Numbered from the stretch's first letter, positions 11,101 to 20,460 are shown. The stretch: DNA of 64,000 bases from an uncultured Bdellovibrio sp. (GCA_963932905.1 CAWVRN010000009.1:62775-126774); one strand, 5' to 3'. The notes: generated from the letters alone by a model not told the origin. Made by a program: numbers and translations.

Positions 11101-11124
11101 TTTAGTATAAGAAGCTTGTATCAT
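8101..11124 (-). CDS. Large periplasmic TPR protein (GltD/AgmU-like)
   Basis: 1007 aa; signal peptide; LRLADLYSE and many TPR repeats; operon context. Confidence 0.8.
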   Translation of the reverse strand: MIQASYTKFINTMRFVAITSLLASHLVIAPLVNAAEKLDLSTHDSLIQKLESILSIRDNDTMYKQSQLALRLADLYSERARLWSLEKEGKGDQLYKDQIATDRTKAVKIYTQVLPSLKSQEKGRVLLQTAHLHLLMQNQDDAVKIYAGIVKNAAQNKKETVAVAQIQWADILFYKGEFDKSSKLFRDSLKIKENPSKGYALYRDAWCQYNLGKTKEAQVQLITLLKNKSLFLKKSKTDKTMVVDTSFQEEVSRDLATFMARNNIVESDVQTLVTLSPDSARQKNLVYLATELDRTAKKESALLVWAIIGKQEVDFASQLEGQIQITRIQYDLGHKAKLLTEIDRSIALLKGPACKKAGDECTLGQQGLKKILTDWGKAEERAPTTELIIGFGKYTAAFDDAEMSYWTGHSSLKRKMYQEAFTAFSKAGHLFAKMDRSEARFARMFEGSLLGAIEAAELSEDASMQLSSFRLYLELNPKGPKRDEIKYQIGHIFYENEDYVQAADLFRELAVDAKAPASIREKSSELCLDSSVILKNEAQIEEDSLLFSQTFKPRAAYFLGLWRKSILNQAAKIINSTVSTKEQLTSQLTKLDKVAYSSWPAGEKRTLIKNKLAIALRLKNLDMVAKSSEQYLGLDGLSLDEKNWALDQAAWVAEMRMDFQGALRLLKQVTPKKSQIGEHHFKIALLMELAHQDPTPEYLKFMTVSKDQEKNQYAAYQLIHFSSEPKKLFSKYSRVLKGNPQLFAAAGVITYEKSADMGIARTVLANKSSKDTFESQILARSMEIKSFEQLQKKLASTPLSGRSDRVIQKNLVERIKLIKQLEKRSQAAIKAKDTSLQLIMLAQVYHENSKLVQDILALPAPKQLDAAQKKFYQEQVQLQVKPYITQAITVKEKVAEMWDVATKQAVFKDLFDLAEESSKPGSRLASAEIEKLKKAAEQSGQKENPFINFTRERHKVANEANQLQKSIVEDPFNFNDIEKLKSLQKALGRGPMVAYLESRLNSRGGRN

Positions 11125-11132
11125 AATTCTTC

Positions 11133-11630
11133 CTACTTGTTTCCTGCGTTGATGGCGTAGTTACCTGGAAGTACGGCAAATGCATACTTCTCGAAACCAG
11201 CAACACCACCGGCTCTTAAGATCAAACTAATTTTGTCGTAATCGGCATCTTTGTCCGCTTGGATGATCAGAGAATTTTTTTCTTCCGTTTTGCTGTCAAT
11301 TAAAACTTTAACGATAGTTTCAGATGTTGTTGGCTTGTCTTCGACAAAAATGTCGTTACCTTCCATGCGAACAACAACACCGGCGTTCATAATTTCAGTC
11401 AGAGTCGCCGTCGGCAGAGTTGTGTTTTTACCAACCGTTAAGTTTTGTAATTGGCCATTCATGTTTGAAAGTAAGAAAATAACCAAGATACAAAAAGCAT
11501 CGATCAACGTCGTTAAGTTCATCGCAAACAATAGGCTCTTGCCTTTGGATTTAACTCCGGCGGCACGCACGCGCTTTTGAATCAGCAGCGGGCTATTTTT
11601 AATTTGAGTAGCTAAAATACCTTGTTTCAT
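11133..11630 (-). CDS. ExbD/TolR family protein (AglS-like)
   Basis: NLTTLIDAFCILVIFLL TM helix with the conserved Asp; IIQADK motif. Confidence 0.9.
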   Translation of the reverse strand: MKQGILATQIKNSPLLIQKRVRAAGVKSKGKSLLFAMNLTTLIDAFCILVIFLLSNMNGQLQNLTVGKNTTLPTATLTEIMNAGVVVRMEGNDIFVEDKPTTSETIVKVLIDSKTEEKNSLIIQADKDADYDKISLILRAGGVAGFEKYAFAVLPGNYAINAGNK

Positions 11631-11674
11631 CGAATACGTCCTAGTTAGAGTCTGTAGCTAATTTTCTAAAGTGC

Positions 11675-12130
11675 TTAAATCGGTGAAAGACCAACGTCTT
11701 TGATGCCGTTCTGTTTTAGTAAATCCATTAAACGAATAACTTGATCATACTTAGTCGTCTTAGTTGGCAGAACATGGGCGTTCTCGATTTTTTGAGAGGT
11801 AGTAGCAAGAAGATAACTTTTTGCTTTCATCCAATCGATTTGCCCATCTTTTGCCGCTAGCGTATTTGATTTATCCGCCGCTTTTGGTTTTTTGATTGTC
11901 ACCGTGATATTGTTTTTCTCGTCGATAGAGACCCAAAGGCTAGCGCGTGGGTCTGTTTCATCCAGGCTTTGTCCACCGATCGCTTGTTTGGTTTCTAGTG
12001 ATCGGACTTCAACCCAAACCACTGTCATCAACAAGAAACAAATACAGACAGAAAGAATATCGAAAACGGGAAGCAAATTAAGCTCAACGTTTAAATCTTT
12101 TTTTCCACCTGATCCAGAAGCTAATCCCAT
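11675..12130 (-). CDS. ExbD/TolR family protein (AglQ-like)
   Basis: ELNLLPVFDILSVCICFLL TM helix with the conserved Asp; YDQVIRLMD. Confidence 0.9.
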   Translation of the reverse strand: MGLASGSGGKKDLNVELNLLPVFDILSVCICFLLMTVVWVEVRSLETKQAIGGQSLDETDPRASLWVSIDEKNNITVTIKKPKAADKSNTLAAKDGQIDWMKAKSYLLATTSQKIENAHVLPTKTTKYDQVIRLMDLLKQNGIKDVGLSPI

Positions 12131-12171
12131 AACAACCTCACGTTCCTAAATATGATCTGTTTTAACTCGTA

Positions 12172-12852
12172 CTACTCTTGGCTTGCTTTTGATTTCTTTT
12201 GAACCGGCTCGTAACTGTAAGTTAACCAGTTGTAGACCATCAATGCTGTTTGATTTACGTCTTCAGAAACTGAGTTAGCGCGATTTTGAAGAACTGCGAA
12301 CATCGCAAGGGCCGGGATCGCAACTAATAAACCGTACGCTGTTGCGTACATTGCCATCGAGATACCTTGTGATAACAACGCTGCTTTTTCCGCTGGGTTA
12401 ACGTTAGCTACCGCAGCGAAAGAGTCGATAAGACCGATGATTGTACCTAATAGACCAGCTAATGTGCCGATGTTACCGATAGCGGCTAAGAAACCAGTGC
12501 GTTTTTCAACGGCTGAGGCTTCAGCTAATAATACTTCATCCATTTTAGATTGGATTTCTTCACTACCACCGCGAGCTTGCGCGGCTTGTGTTCCAGCTAC
12601 GATAACTTTACCGATGGCTGAATCTTTTTGTGAAAGCTTTTGCGCTTTCGCTAGTACTGTTTCAAGACGACCTTTTTTAATGTCTTCTTCAAACGTCTTT
12701 GCCACCTTTTTGTTGTCTAAAGAGCGCGACACATAAAGTGCGTAAACTCTTTCGATGATGATCGCTAGAGAGAAAATCTGTCCAACGAAAATGATCCACA
12801 TAACAAAGCCACCATGGCCGAATGCGTGAATGATATTTGTAAAAAATGCCAT
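12172..12852 (-). CDS. MotA/TolQ/ExbB proton channel (AglR-like)
   Basis: TLAGLLGTIIGLI...GISMAMYATAYGLLVAIP. Start moved to the ATG at 12852, after gaggtag. Confidence 0.92.
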   Translation of the reverse strand: MAFFTNIIHAFGHGGFVMWIIFVGQIFSLAIIIERVYALYVSRSLDNKKVAKTFEEDIKKGRLETVLAKAQKLSQKDSAIGKVIVAGTQAAQARGGSEEIQSKMDEVLLAEASAVEKRTGFLAAIGNIGTLAGLLGTIIGLIDSFAAVANVNPAEKAALLSQGISMAMYATAYGLLVAIPALAMFAVLQNRANSVSEDVNQTALMVYNWLTYSYEPVQKKSKASQE

Positions 12853-12908
12853 AACTACCTCTTTTTTCATGTTTTTACAGGTTAGCACCTGGTTCGGGAG
12901 AGGTAGTG

Positions 12909-12925
12909 AGCAACGACTAGGCCGA
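12909..12925 (-). promoter_or_regulatory. Putative sigma54 -24/-12 promoter of the Agl-Glt operon
   Basis: The minus strand reads tcGGcctagtcgttGCt (GG-N10-GC with TTGC), about 57 bp upstream of the start. Confidence 0.55.
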
Positions 12926-13057
12926 AACCTCTACTGCAATCTAAACAGGGTAGAGGTCAAATTTTCTTAAATGAAAAGATTTTGGACACTCGATAATGAC
13001 AATTGCGGTCCGCACCGAAACAAAAACGGGCCCTGTTATTTTCTGAACAGGGAGAAA

Positions 13058-15427
13058 TTACATATCGTATCGACCAACGCTTAGATGCGATTCAACCTGT
13101 TTACGGATCGCATTTACATCTAACGTCGATAGCTTATCATTAGCTTTTGACGGCAGAACTAAAGAATCCTTATTCAATTTGAACTTGATCACTGAGTTTG
13201 GGTCCGTACATTTCATATCTGTCGCCGTTAATTCGCAGGTACGCAGCGTTTGTGACGTTTGGTTTTCAATTGAGTATTTGAACGGGAAGATAGGGACTAA
13301 ATGCTTAGGGATGCCCACTGTATGACGTAGCTTGCTTTCAAGGACGCGGCTCCATGATTCATTGGAAAATGCGATGGTTACATTCTGTTTTGCAATTAGT
13401 TGAAGTGAATCACCGTTGACGAATGTAAACTCAAGAGGAAAACTCTCTTGGCCTTCGATAATTGTAAGAGTACCGACATTGTTGGCCTTCAGATTCAAAT
13501 CAAATACGAAGTTTACATTTTCAATTGGCTCTTCGCTTAGAGGCATACGGCTAGTGAACGGCTCTTTCCCATCGACGCCAACCGTAGATTGGATTTCACC
13601 CGCGATTTGTTTCAGTGAATACGTAACGATACCGCCAGAGGTTTGCGACCTGTTGATTGCGCCTGTTAATTTAGTATTTAAGAATTTAAATTCAGACGCT
13701 AATCCATAATAACGGATAAGAATTTCTTTTAATTCGTCTTGGTATGTCGAAGCAGTTACTACGTTATAGAAATCAAGAACGGCGCCTGATTTAGGGTAGT
13801 TGGCTTTCACTTTTTCATTGAGCGTTTTATGAAGAGTCGCATTAGTTTCTGCCGTCGCCGAAATTTTACATTGAGTCAGCAAAATATTTTTAAGCACGGT
13901 TAATTGATATGGGCTGCTGATGTCTGAGGTTTTTTCCTTAGAAAGTTTGATTAATGTGTCGCTAGTTTCATTGATACATTTTTCAAACGATGGAAGATCT
14001 TTCAGTTCAATAGGCGCAGTTGTTGGCTGAACAGTCGCAGACGCTGTTTTATCTTTAGGAATCGGAGCTGCTGACGCTGCCTGCGCTACAGGTTTAACCG
14101 CAGCTTTATTCGAATCTTTTGGTTTGCCATAGGCGCTGTAAGCTTGACGGCGAGTTTTCAGGTTTTCATTTTTAGCTTCCGTTTCAGCGAAGAATTTGAT
14201 TTCCGCTGCAGAATCGGGGAACGATTTAGTCGCGACGTCCACCACGGTTTGAGTCATGAATAATTCAACCGTATTCTCTTTAATACTCGAACGACCACAC
14301 ATCGCGGCTGCGGCTAATTTTAGTTCCAGTAATTCATGCGGTGTAGCCGCTTTCGCTTTTGCGGATTTCATACCGCCAAGACCCTTGTTGACAAGTTCTG
14401 TGAAGCATCCTTTGAATGTGGTGTAGACTTCAGATTCTTTTTTGTCTTTCTTTTTATCGTCATTGGCCCCAGTAACAGCTGGTTTCGCAGCCGGCGCCAC
14501 GGTGTTAACAACGGGCGCAGAGGCGACGGGAGTTCCTGTAGCTACTTTGTTTGTTGTAACAGTAGGAGCAGCTGCTGCCTTGTCTGTGGCTTTCGGAGCT
14601 GCAGAGGAAGCTGCTTTATCTGCCGGTTTAACAGCCACGGCAGCTGGAGTCGTAGCAACCACCGCCGGTGTTGGCTGAAGTTGAGGTGTTGCGATCGGTT
14701 GAACGGACGGTGCCGCGCTTGTTTGGTTTGGCGCTGCCGCCAATGCCGCTGCTTCCGCAGCGACTTGATCATAAAGTTTAGCACGCTCGGACTCAGAAGC
14801 TTTTTCACCTTCAATACCCATGAAGGTATCAACGATTTCATCGACATCTGAAAATTTACTTAATGTGTACTCTGCGATTTTCTTGTTAATCGAAGCTTCA
14901 GCTTCATCTGCTTTTGCAGCCGGCTTTGGACAGTCCTTTAATATAGCTAATTTAGTTTCAAATAGTTTCTTAGCCGCAATAGTTTTCGTGTCTTTATCGC
15001 GTTCTTTAGAAATAGCGGAAGAAATTTTCGGACTGATGCACTCTTCAAATAGTTCCAGTTCGGTTTTTTTGGTGTTTGATTGAGTGATACTAACACCTGG
15101 CTGAGTCACCGTAGCCGTTGAGCCACCTCTAGATGAAGTACCTGCCGCCGAACTGTCGGACGAAGCCGCTGGATTTCCTTTCGCTTCATCAGCGGGCGTC
15201 GGAGTCGAAACTGGTGCCGCACCCGAAGTCTCACCGCCAGTAGCCCCTGGTTTAGGATCTTCTTTAATAGGCCCAGTGACTGGAGGCGTATCTTTCTTGG
15301 CATCTTTTGCTTCCACTTTTTCAGCTGGTTTAGCTTTCGCATCCTTGTTTGTGTTCTTCTTCGTACAACCCGATGCCAAAGTCAGACAACTAATAGATAA
15401 AATTAGTAGTTTATATCCTGGTTTCAT
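13058..15427 (-). CDS. Large hypothetical lipoprotein with Pro/Thr/Ala-rich linkers and three repeated Cys-containing helical modules
   Basis: Lipobox LASGC; RBS aaggag 6 nt before the ATG at 15427. Confidence 0.75.
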   Translation of the reverse strand: MKPGYKLLILSISCLTLASGCTKKNTNKDAKAKPAEKVEAKDAKKDTPPVTGPIKEDPKPGATGGETSGAAPVSTPTPADEAKGNPAASSDSSAAGTSSRGGSTATVTQPGVSITQSNTKKTELELFEECISPKISSAISKERDKDTKTIAAKKLFETKLAILKDCPKPAAKADEAEASINKKIAEYTLSKFSDVDEIVDTFMGIEGEKASESERAKLYDQVAAEAAALAAAPNQTSAAPSVQPIATPQLQPTPAVVATTPAAVAVKPADKAASSAAPKATDKAAAAPTVTTNKVATGTPVASAPVVNTVAPAAKPAVTGANDDKKKDKKESEVYTTFKGCFTELVNKGLGGMKSAKAKAATPHELLELKLAAAAMCGRSSIKENTVELFMTQTVVDVATKSFPDSAAEIKFFAETEAKNENLKTRRQAYSAYGKPKDSNKAAVKPVAQAASAAPIPKDKTASATVQPTTAPIELKDLPSFEKCINETSDTLIKLSKEKTSDISSPYQLTVLKNILLTQCKISATAETNATLHKTLNEKVKANYPKSGAVLDFYNVVTASTYQDELKEILIRYYGLASEFKFLNTKLTGAINRSQTSGGIVTYSLKQIAGEIQSTVGVDGKEPFTSRMPLSEEPIENVNFVFDLNLKANNVGTLTIIEGQESFPLEFTFVNGDSLQLIAKQNVTIAFSNESWSRVLESKLRHTVGIPKHLVPIFPFKYSIENQTSQTLRTCELTATDMKCTDPNSVIKFKLNKDSLVLPSKANDKLSTLDVNAIRKQVESHLSVGRYDM

Positions 15428-15602
15428 AGCCATCTCCTTAGGAAGGGTCTTTTCATCCAAGAGAGGTTAGTTCAATTTCCATGGCACAAATTGAGACTTC
15501 ATCGCGGATATAGAGGGTTTGGGAACGGTTTCGGGGGACGTACCTAATGGGTGATTACGGTCGTCTAATTTTAAGACAGTGGGCGGCCGGGTGCGGATGA
15601 AA

Positions 15603-15835
15603 TTTTTTTTGAGTTTGGCCCTCGCATTGGTAGCTTTGGATCGGGGTGGTGCGAGGGTCTTCCTTTTGCGGAATTTCGTTTTAAAGGTATATGGAAAAGC
15701 CTCGGCAATCCTCGCCGTGCGCTTTACGCCGGCTGCGGAACTCATTTTTCCATATACCTTTAAAACGAAATTCCGCAAAAGGAAGACCGAGCTTGAATTG
15801 AAAGCTGCCAATGCGAGGGATAAACTCAAAAAAAA
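15603..15835. repeat. Nested long palindromic element (MITE/REPIN-like)
   Basis: A perfect 43-bp IR (15656-15698 / 15746-15788) sits inside a 35-bp IR with 3 mismatches (15603-15637 / 15801-15835). Confidence 0.9.
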
Positions 15836-15861
15836 AGCCCGAGGTTTTATCCTTGGGCCTT
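15828..15861 (-). terminator. Intrinsic terminator of the beta-propeller gene
   Basis: The minus strand reads aggcccaagg-ataaaa-cctcgggc-ttttttttt. Confidence 0.7.
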
Positions 15862-15895
15862 GTCGTTTTTGTAAATTTAGATCTTACTTTCTAGT

Positions 15896-18800
15896 TTATT
15901 CTAGGAAGAATTGTTTTACTCCGAATAATCCTGAACTCACTTCTATACTTCTTTGTTCTGGAGAGAAGTGGATGCTGTCTGACGATGAACTGTAGCCTTC
16001 GAGTACTGATACTACGGGCATTGCCTTTTGTTTTTTATTTTGCCAATCTACCGGTGCTAAAGGGACTACCGATGGGCGTGTGTTGCCGGCTTGGAATTTT
16101 ACGACTTGGATTTGTCTCCAGCTTTTTACTACGCCGTAGAATAATCCTGGTTCTTTTTGGTCGGCAAATACTTTAGCTAGGCTAGCGTATTCGATGGTGT
16201 CTGGCATTGTGAATACATCTTGAGTTAAATATGCATCTTTATCGGCAGTCACTACTTGTAAGGAAGCGCGGCTGTTGTAGTTGTCGCGGACTTTGCTTGT
16301 GTATTTCATTAAACTTAGATTTTTAGAATAAGATTTAGGTAACGCTAGGTAATTTAAATCATCTGCTGCTGATTCCAACATATCTACCAATACTGCTTTA
16401 GTGCCTTTTTCTGACTTCACTAATTTTAATGATGTTAAACTTGTCGTCGTATTCAATACTTCTTGTTCTTTGGTAGCGTAGATATCATTTACCCAGCTGT
16501 CGGAAACAACCACTACCGAACCGTCATAGGCTATAACATCGCCCGGAATATTAAACCCATCGCCGCACGATAGAGTTTGATTCTGCCACGAAAGTGGAAA
16601 TAATTCATTTCTAGTCGCTGTGCTGTACGTTTTTGCAAAATCTTTAGTTAAATCGACAGATGTTTTTCTAACTAAGAACAATTCGTTGTTGAATTGCTTA
16701 ACGTCGGCGCGAGTTGATTTTGAAAGACCACATTTATCGATAGATACTGTTTTTGGTTCAGCCGCTTTATCCGCAGATACTAAACGTAATTCATTTCCTA
16801 CACTCACTAATGTTTCACCCGAAGCTAATTTCAAGAATGAAGCCTGGCGGTAACCATAACCTGGAGGCATGATACCCATCGCAGCGCTGCTGTTAGCACT
16901 TACGTCGATTGAAAACTCAGAACCAGATCCCGCTTCCCATGATTTAGTCGAAGTCGCTTTCAGAGCTTTGTTAGCGCCCAAAGAGATTTCATGTAATTGA
17001 TATGTTTGCAAATAACGATTGTTTTCATAGCCAGACTTGCTTGTTAATACTAACATGGTCTTTTTATCAGCGTTGATTAAATGTGCCGTGTGGGAACCTT
17101 GTAGAACCACTTCACTTAGTACTGCCGGTTTTTCAGCATCTACATCCATTTTAGAAACCGTTCTTAAGATTGTTTTTTCTGTTGAATTCGCAGGCCAAGA
17201 ATTACCTTCTGTGATCACCTGAACACCTAAATCGCCCACTGTTACAAACGCTTTAATGTTACGAGCTAATTCCAGCACGTTAACCGCTTGTACAGTAGTC
17301 GAAGGCGCATTTGAATTGGCACCAAATGTAACTAACGAAGAATCTGAAAAACTGTTGATACGGTTGATTTCAGAGTTTGTGAAAATACGGCGAATCCAAG
17401 ATGAATCACCAGCTAAGAATGAACCTTCTTTAAAGATCGCATCTGTATCTGTCGTACCTAGGTCGAACGAAATGATCTGACCACCGCTTTGGTAAGATGA
17501 TACGCCATTTGAATTTTTGTAATAACGAGAACCTTCAAAAAGGATTTCGCCTTTACCATTTTCATCAGGACGAAATTCAATCTTTTTATCTTCGCCGCTA
17601 AAATTAGCCCAGAATTGTGAACCAGATAATATTAAAGATGACACTTCAGTGGCTTTAGCCGATTTGCCATTGGATGTGATTTCAAAAAGTTTAACTTGGG
17701 CAAAACGTTTGTTGTCTTCGTTATTAACGGCGGGAACAATCCAACCTAAACCAACGATATAGTTTTTGCCTTTATAGCTGATTGGCTCCGCACGTGAAAT
17801 CCAACCATCAAACGTTAAACGTTGTACGTGACGAACACCTTTTTCCGGAGCCGAAATATCAAATAGATCTAACGGGTCGACTTGGTTCGCTGGAACCCAG
17901 AAAACGTATAACCAATCACCATAAATACGTACGTCTTGTAAGTTAGCGCTTAAACCCGTCGTATCGCCCGTCGTTACCACGCTATCAGGCATGATTTTAC
18001 GAACTTGATCTTTAGTTAAAACGAAACGACCGTAAACACCCCAAGTGGCGTCTTGAGTCCATTTTGATTTTGCCACTTCAGAATCTGTGCCTTTATCTGT
18101 TTCGGATTTCACTTGCTTTTCAATATATAAACGTCTTAATTCCGCTTCGTTTTCTGATAAGATTTCAGAATTTTTAGTAGGGAATTTAAATGTTTCAACA
18201 GCGACGCGACCAATTCTTGGCGATGAATTGTTTGCTGTTGGTTGTCCTGTGATGGTGTAGTTGCTAACCACGATTAGAGTGTTGTTTTTGATTTGCATTT
18301 GGTGTGGGCGCTGAATTGTGCCCTTAACCGAAACGGTCATGACGGATTGAATTTTACCTTTGTCATCAGAAATATCTACGACTTGAACCATACTTTGACG
18401 GTCCCACCAACCCCAACCATGTTCTGATAAATGGGCGATTAGATAGTACTTATAAGAATCGCCTTCAGGAACAGTGACAACTCTTAGGTTGTTTCCGTAA
18501 ACGGCAGGAAGAGATAAGTTAGCTTCTTGAATTTTGCTCACTTGTTTTCCGCTTAAGTCAAACGAAGTCACGATTCCTTGAGACAGACTTTGTGTTTCTG
18601 AATAACGGTAGGAATTAGTATCTGGGCGAAGAGTTGTCACCGTGTAAAGAACGCTGCCCACCATGCGTGAGTCTGCGATTTCACCTTTAAGATCGATTTT
18701 TTCAGCTAGAATTGGATTTTCAGGTTTAGATACATCGTAAACTAAAATACGACTCTGATTTTCATTATAGTTGTAGGACTGAGTCGCCGAATCAAACCAA

Positions 18801-19288
18801 ACTCTCTCAAGAACAAACAAACGATCTTGAACTGCATCTAAGTACATATCTGATGGATAGTTACCTGTTGGCTCTGCGCGACCTAATAATTTAGGTTTTT
18901 CAGTTCCATCAACATAGCTAACGACTTGAAGCCCGCGATAGTTATTTAAAAGATAAAGTAATTTTGAGCCCGGTTTTCCCACTTTAAATACGTCGGCTTC
19001 TTGTTCGGCACGGGGGCCTGCGCCGGCCGTGGGTGACGGAGCCGCAGCACGAGCCGCTTCCAGTCTGAAGCCCCCGCCGCGAGTTGCCGTAAGGAACGAT
19101 GTCTGACCACGATAGCGAGTTAAATCCCCACGTAGAGCGGATGTACCTTCTTTAGGTGCGGCCATCAACGACGAAGCGTTGTTCGCGGATAACGAACCTT
19201 CGTCCTTTTTAGTCGAGCAACCAATAGAAAGAAGAGCTACTGTAGTTAAAGATAATGTTAACGTTGATAAAGTGTATGGTTTCATCAT
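15896..19288 (-). CDS. Beta-propeller domain (Beta_propel-type) lipoprotein
   Basis: Lipobox LSIGC; family motifs QEADVFKV, YDVSKPENP, DSRMVG and QVDPLDLFDIS. Confidence 0.8.
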   Translation of the reverse strand: MMKPYTLSTLTLSLTTVALLSIGCSTKKDEGSLSANNASSLMAAPKEGTSALRGDLTRYRGQTSFLTATRGGGFRLEAARAAAPSPTAGAGPRAEQEADVFKVGKPGSKLLYLLNNYRGLQVVSYVDGTEKPKLLGRAEPTGNYPSDMYLDAVQDRLFVLERVWFDSATQSYNYNENQSRILVYDVSKPENPILAEKIDLKGEIADSRMVGSVLYTVTTLRPDTNSYRYSETQSLSQGIVTSFDLSGKQVSKIQEANLSLPAVYGNNLRVVTVPEGDSYKYYLIAHLSEHGWGWWDRQSMVQVVDISDDKGKIQSVMTVSVKGTIQRPHQMQIKNNTLIVVSNYTITGQPTANNSSPRIGRVAVETFKFPTKNSEILSENEAELRRLYIEKQVKSETDKGTDSEVAKSKWTQDATWGVYGRFVLTKDQVRKIMPDSVVTTGDTTGLSANLQDVRIYGDWLYVFWVPANQVDPLDLFDISAPEKGVRHVQRLTFDGWISRAEPISYKGKNYIVGLGWIVPAVNNEDNKRFAQVKLFEITSNGKSAKATEVSSLILSGSQFWANFSGEDKKIEFRPDENGKGEILFEGSRYYKNSNGVSSYQSGGQIISFDLGTTDTDAIFKEGSFLAGDSSWIRRIFTNSEINRINSFSDSSLVTFGANSNAPSTTVQAVNVLELARNIKAFVTVGDLGVQVITEGNSWPANSTEKTILRTVSKMDVDAEKPAVLSEVVLQGSHTAHLINADKKTMLVLTSKSGYENNRYLQTYQLHEISLGANKALKATSTKSWEAGSGSEFSIDVSANSSAAMGIMPPGYGYRQASFLKLASGETLVSVGNELRLVSADKAAEPKTVSIDKCGLSKSTRADVKQFNNELFLVRKTSVDLTKDFAKTYSTATRNELFPLSWQNQTLSCGDGFNIPGDVIAYDGSVVVVSDSWVNDIYATKEQEVLNTTTSLTSLKLVKSEKGTKAVLVDMLESAADDLNYLALPKSYSKNLSLMKYTSKVRDNYNSRASLQVVTADKDAYLTQDVFTMPDTIEYASLAKVFADQKEPGLFYGVVKSWRQIQVVKFQAGNTRPSVVPLAPVDWQNKKQKAMPVVSVLEGYSSSSDSIHFSPEQRSIEVSSGLFGVKQFFLE

Positions 19289-19493
19289 GGGCGACGAATC
19301 TCCTGTAAAGCAGCCGAGATAGCTGTTTAGTTTTTAAAATCGTCGCACTCTAGCACCAAGAATCAAGAAATTCGAAAACAAAAAAAAATGACGGGTAAAC
19401 CTTGCTAAATAAGTAGAGTTTCCGAAAAAAATTCAAACTGTGAAATGGCTTCAATGATAGGCAGTCAAACCAATTCCACAAGTGTTGTTAAGG

Positions 19494-20318
19494 CTATTTA
19501 GAAATATAGAAGCTTAAACAGCTGTTAGGAACCATGTAACCAAGGTCTTTGTATTTAAACCATGGGTAAACCAGTTGGCCCCAAACGCGGTACGGGCCTT
19601 CTTTTTTGATTCGAGCTCTAACGATTCGAACGACTGAGTCGCGTTGTTCTGCGCTGATTAAGCCATCATTATGCATTAAGATGGCTAGGTCACCCGCATT
19701 GTGAAAGGCCTTTTGGTCTTGGCGAAGGCTTTGAGTATTAGGGGTTTTGGGTTTATAAACGATATGAATATAGGTTAAGACCTTGATTTCCTTGCCGACC
19801 TGTTCTGATAATTTTTTAATCGCATTTGATATTTTTCTATAAATAGCCGGATCTTGTTCACCATTATCACCGATAAGAACTACCTCATCCGGCAGATCAT
19901 TTTTAATAGCCGCCATGATAGTTTCAAATTTGTGTTCACGATGTCTTAATTTATCAAGTAAATTAGTAGGAAAATGATTTTTAGGATTGGGAAATCGAAA
20001 GTTTTTTAAAAGGGCACGATGGGCATCATTTACGGTGAAGTCAATACCATTGGTCACGTAAGAAAACGAAATTTTGTTTCCTAATTTTTGCTGATTTTTT
20101 CTAGCTTCAGTGTAGACGGTATTCATTCCAAAAAATAATTGTTCTGGGTAGGACGAGAACGCAGCATTTTCTGCAAAATCATGGACGTAGGAAATTTTAA
20201 TGGTGTCATCAACGTCAGAAAATACACGGATCTTTTTTGGGCCGTCAGCTGCGGAGAGATTAGCAGCCGGTAACAAATAAAAGGCTATTGTAAACACAAT
20301 TGACAAAACTTTTCCCAT
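19494..20318 (-). CDS. Secreted App1-family phosphatidate phosphatase-like protein (HAD-like)
   Basis: SDVDDTIK and LIGDNGEQDPAIY motifs. Start moved to 20318, which gives a signal peptide and removes the overlap with ppc. Confidence 0.8.
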   Translation of the reverse strand: MGKVLSIVFTIAFYLLPAANLSAADGPKKIRVFSDVDDTIKISYVHDFAENAAFSSYPEQLFFGMNTVYTEARKNQQKLGNKISFSYVTNGIDFTVNDAHRALLKNFRFPNPKNHFPTNLLDKLRHREHKFETIMAAIKNDLPDEVVLIGDNGEQDPAIYRKISNAIKKLSEQVGKEIKVLTYIHIVYKPKTPNTQSLRQDQKAFHNAGDLAILMHNDGLISAEQRDSVVRIVRARIKKEGPYRVWGQLVYPWFKYKDLGYMVPNSCLSFYISK

Positions 20319-20460
20319 AAACGTCCTATATTCGAGTGTGATAATCGCAAGGAATTCAATGCAGTATTTAGACCATTTTTGCCCCAGATGCCTTCGGGGC
20401 AAAAAGTCTCTAAAGTACTTATTTCTTCTCATTATTTGAAATATGTTTTTTACTCGGCTT

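Noticed and set aside
14336..15342. Several overlapping alternative-frame ORFs
   Set aside because: They are shadows of the low-complexity Ala/Pro/Thr-rich coding region of the lipoprotein.
15467..15995. ORFs 15467-15829 (-) and 15579-15995 (+) sharing near-identical peptide segments
   Set aside because: They are artefacts of the long palindrome, which reads the same on both strands; neither has a convincing RBS or domain.
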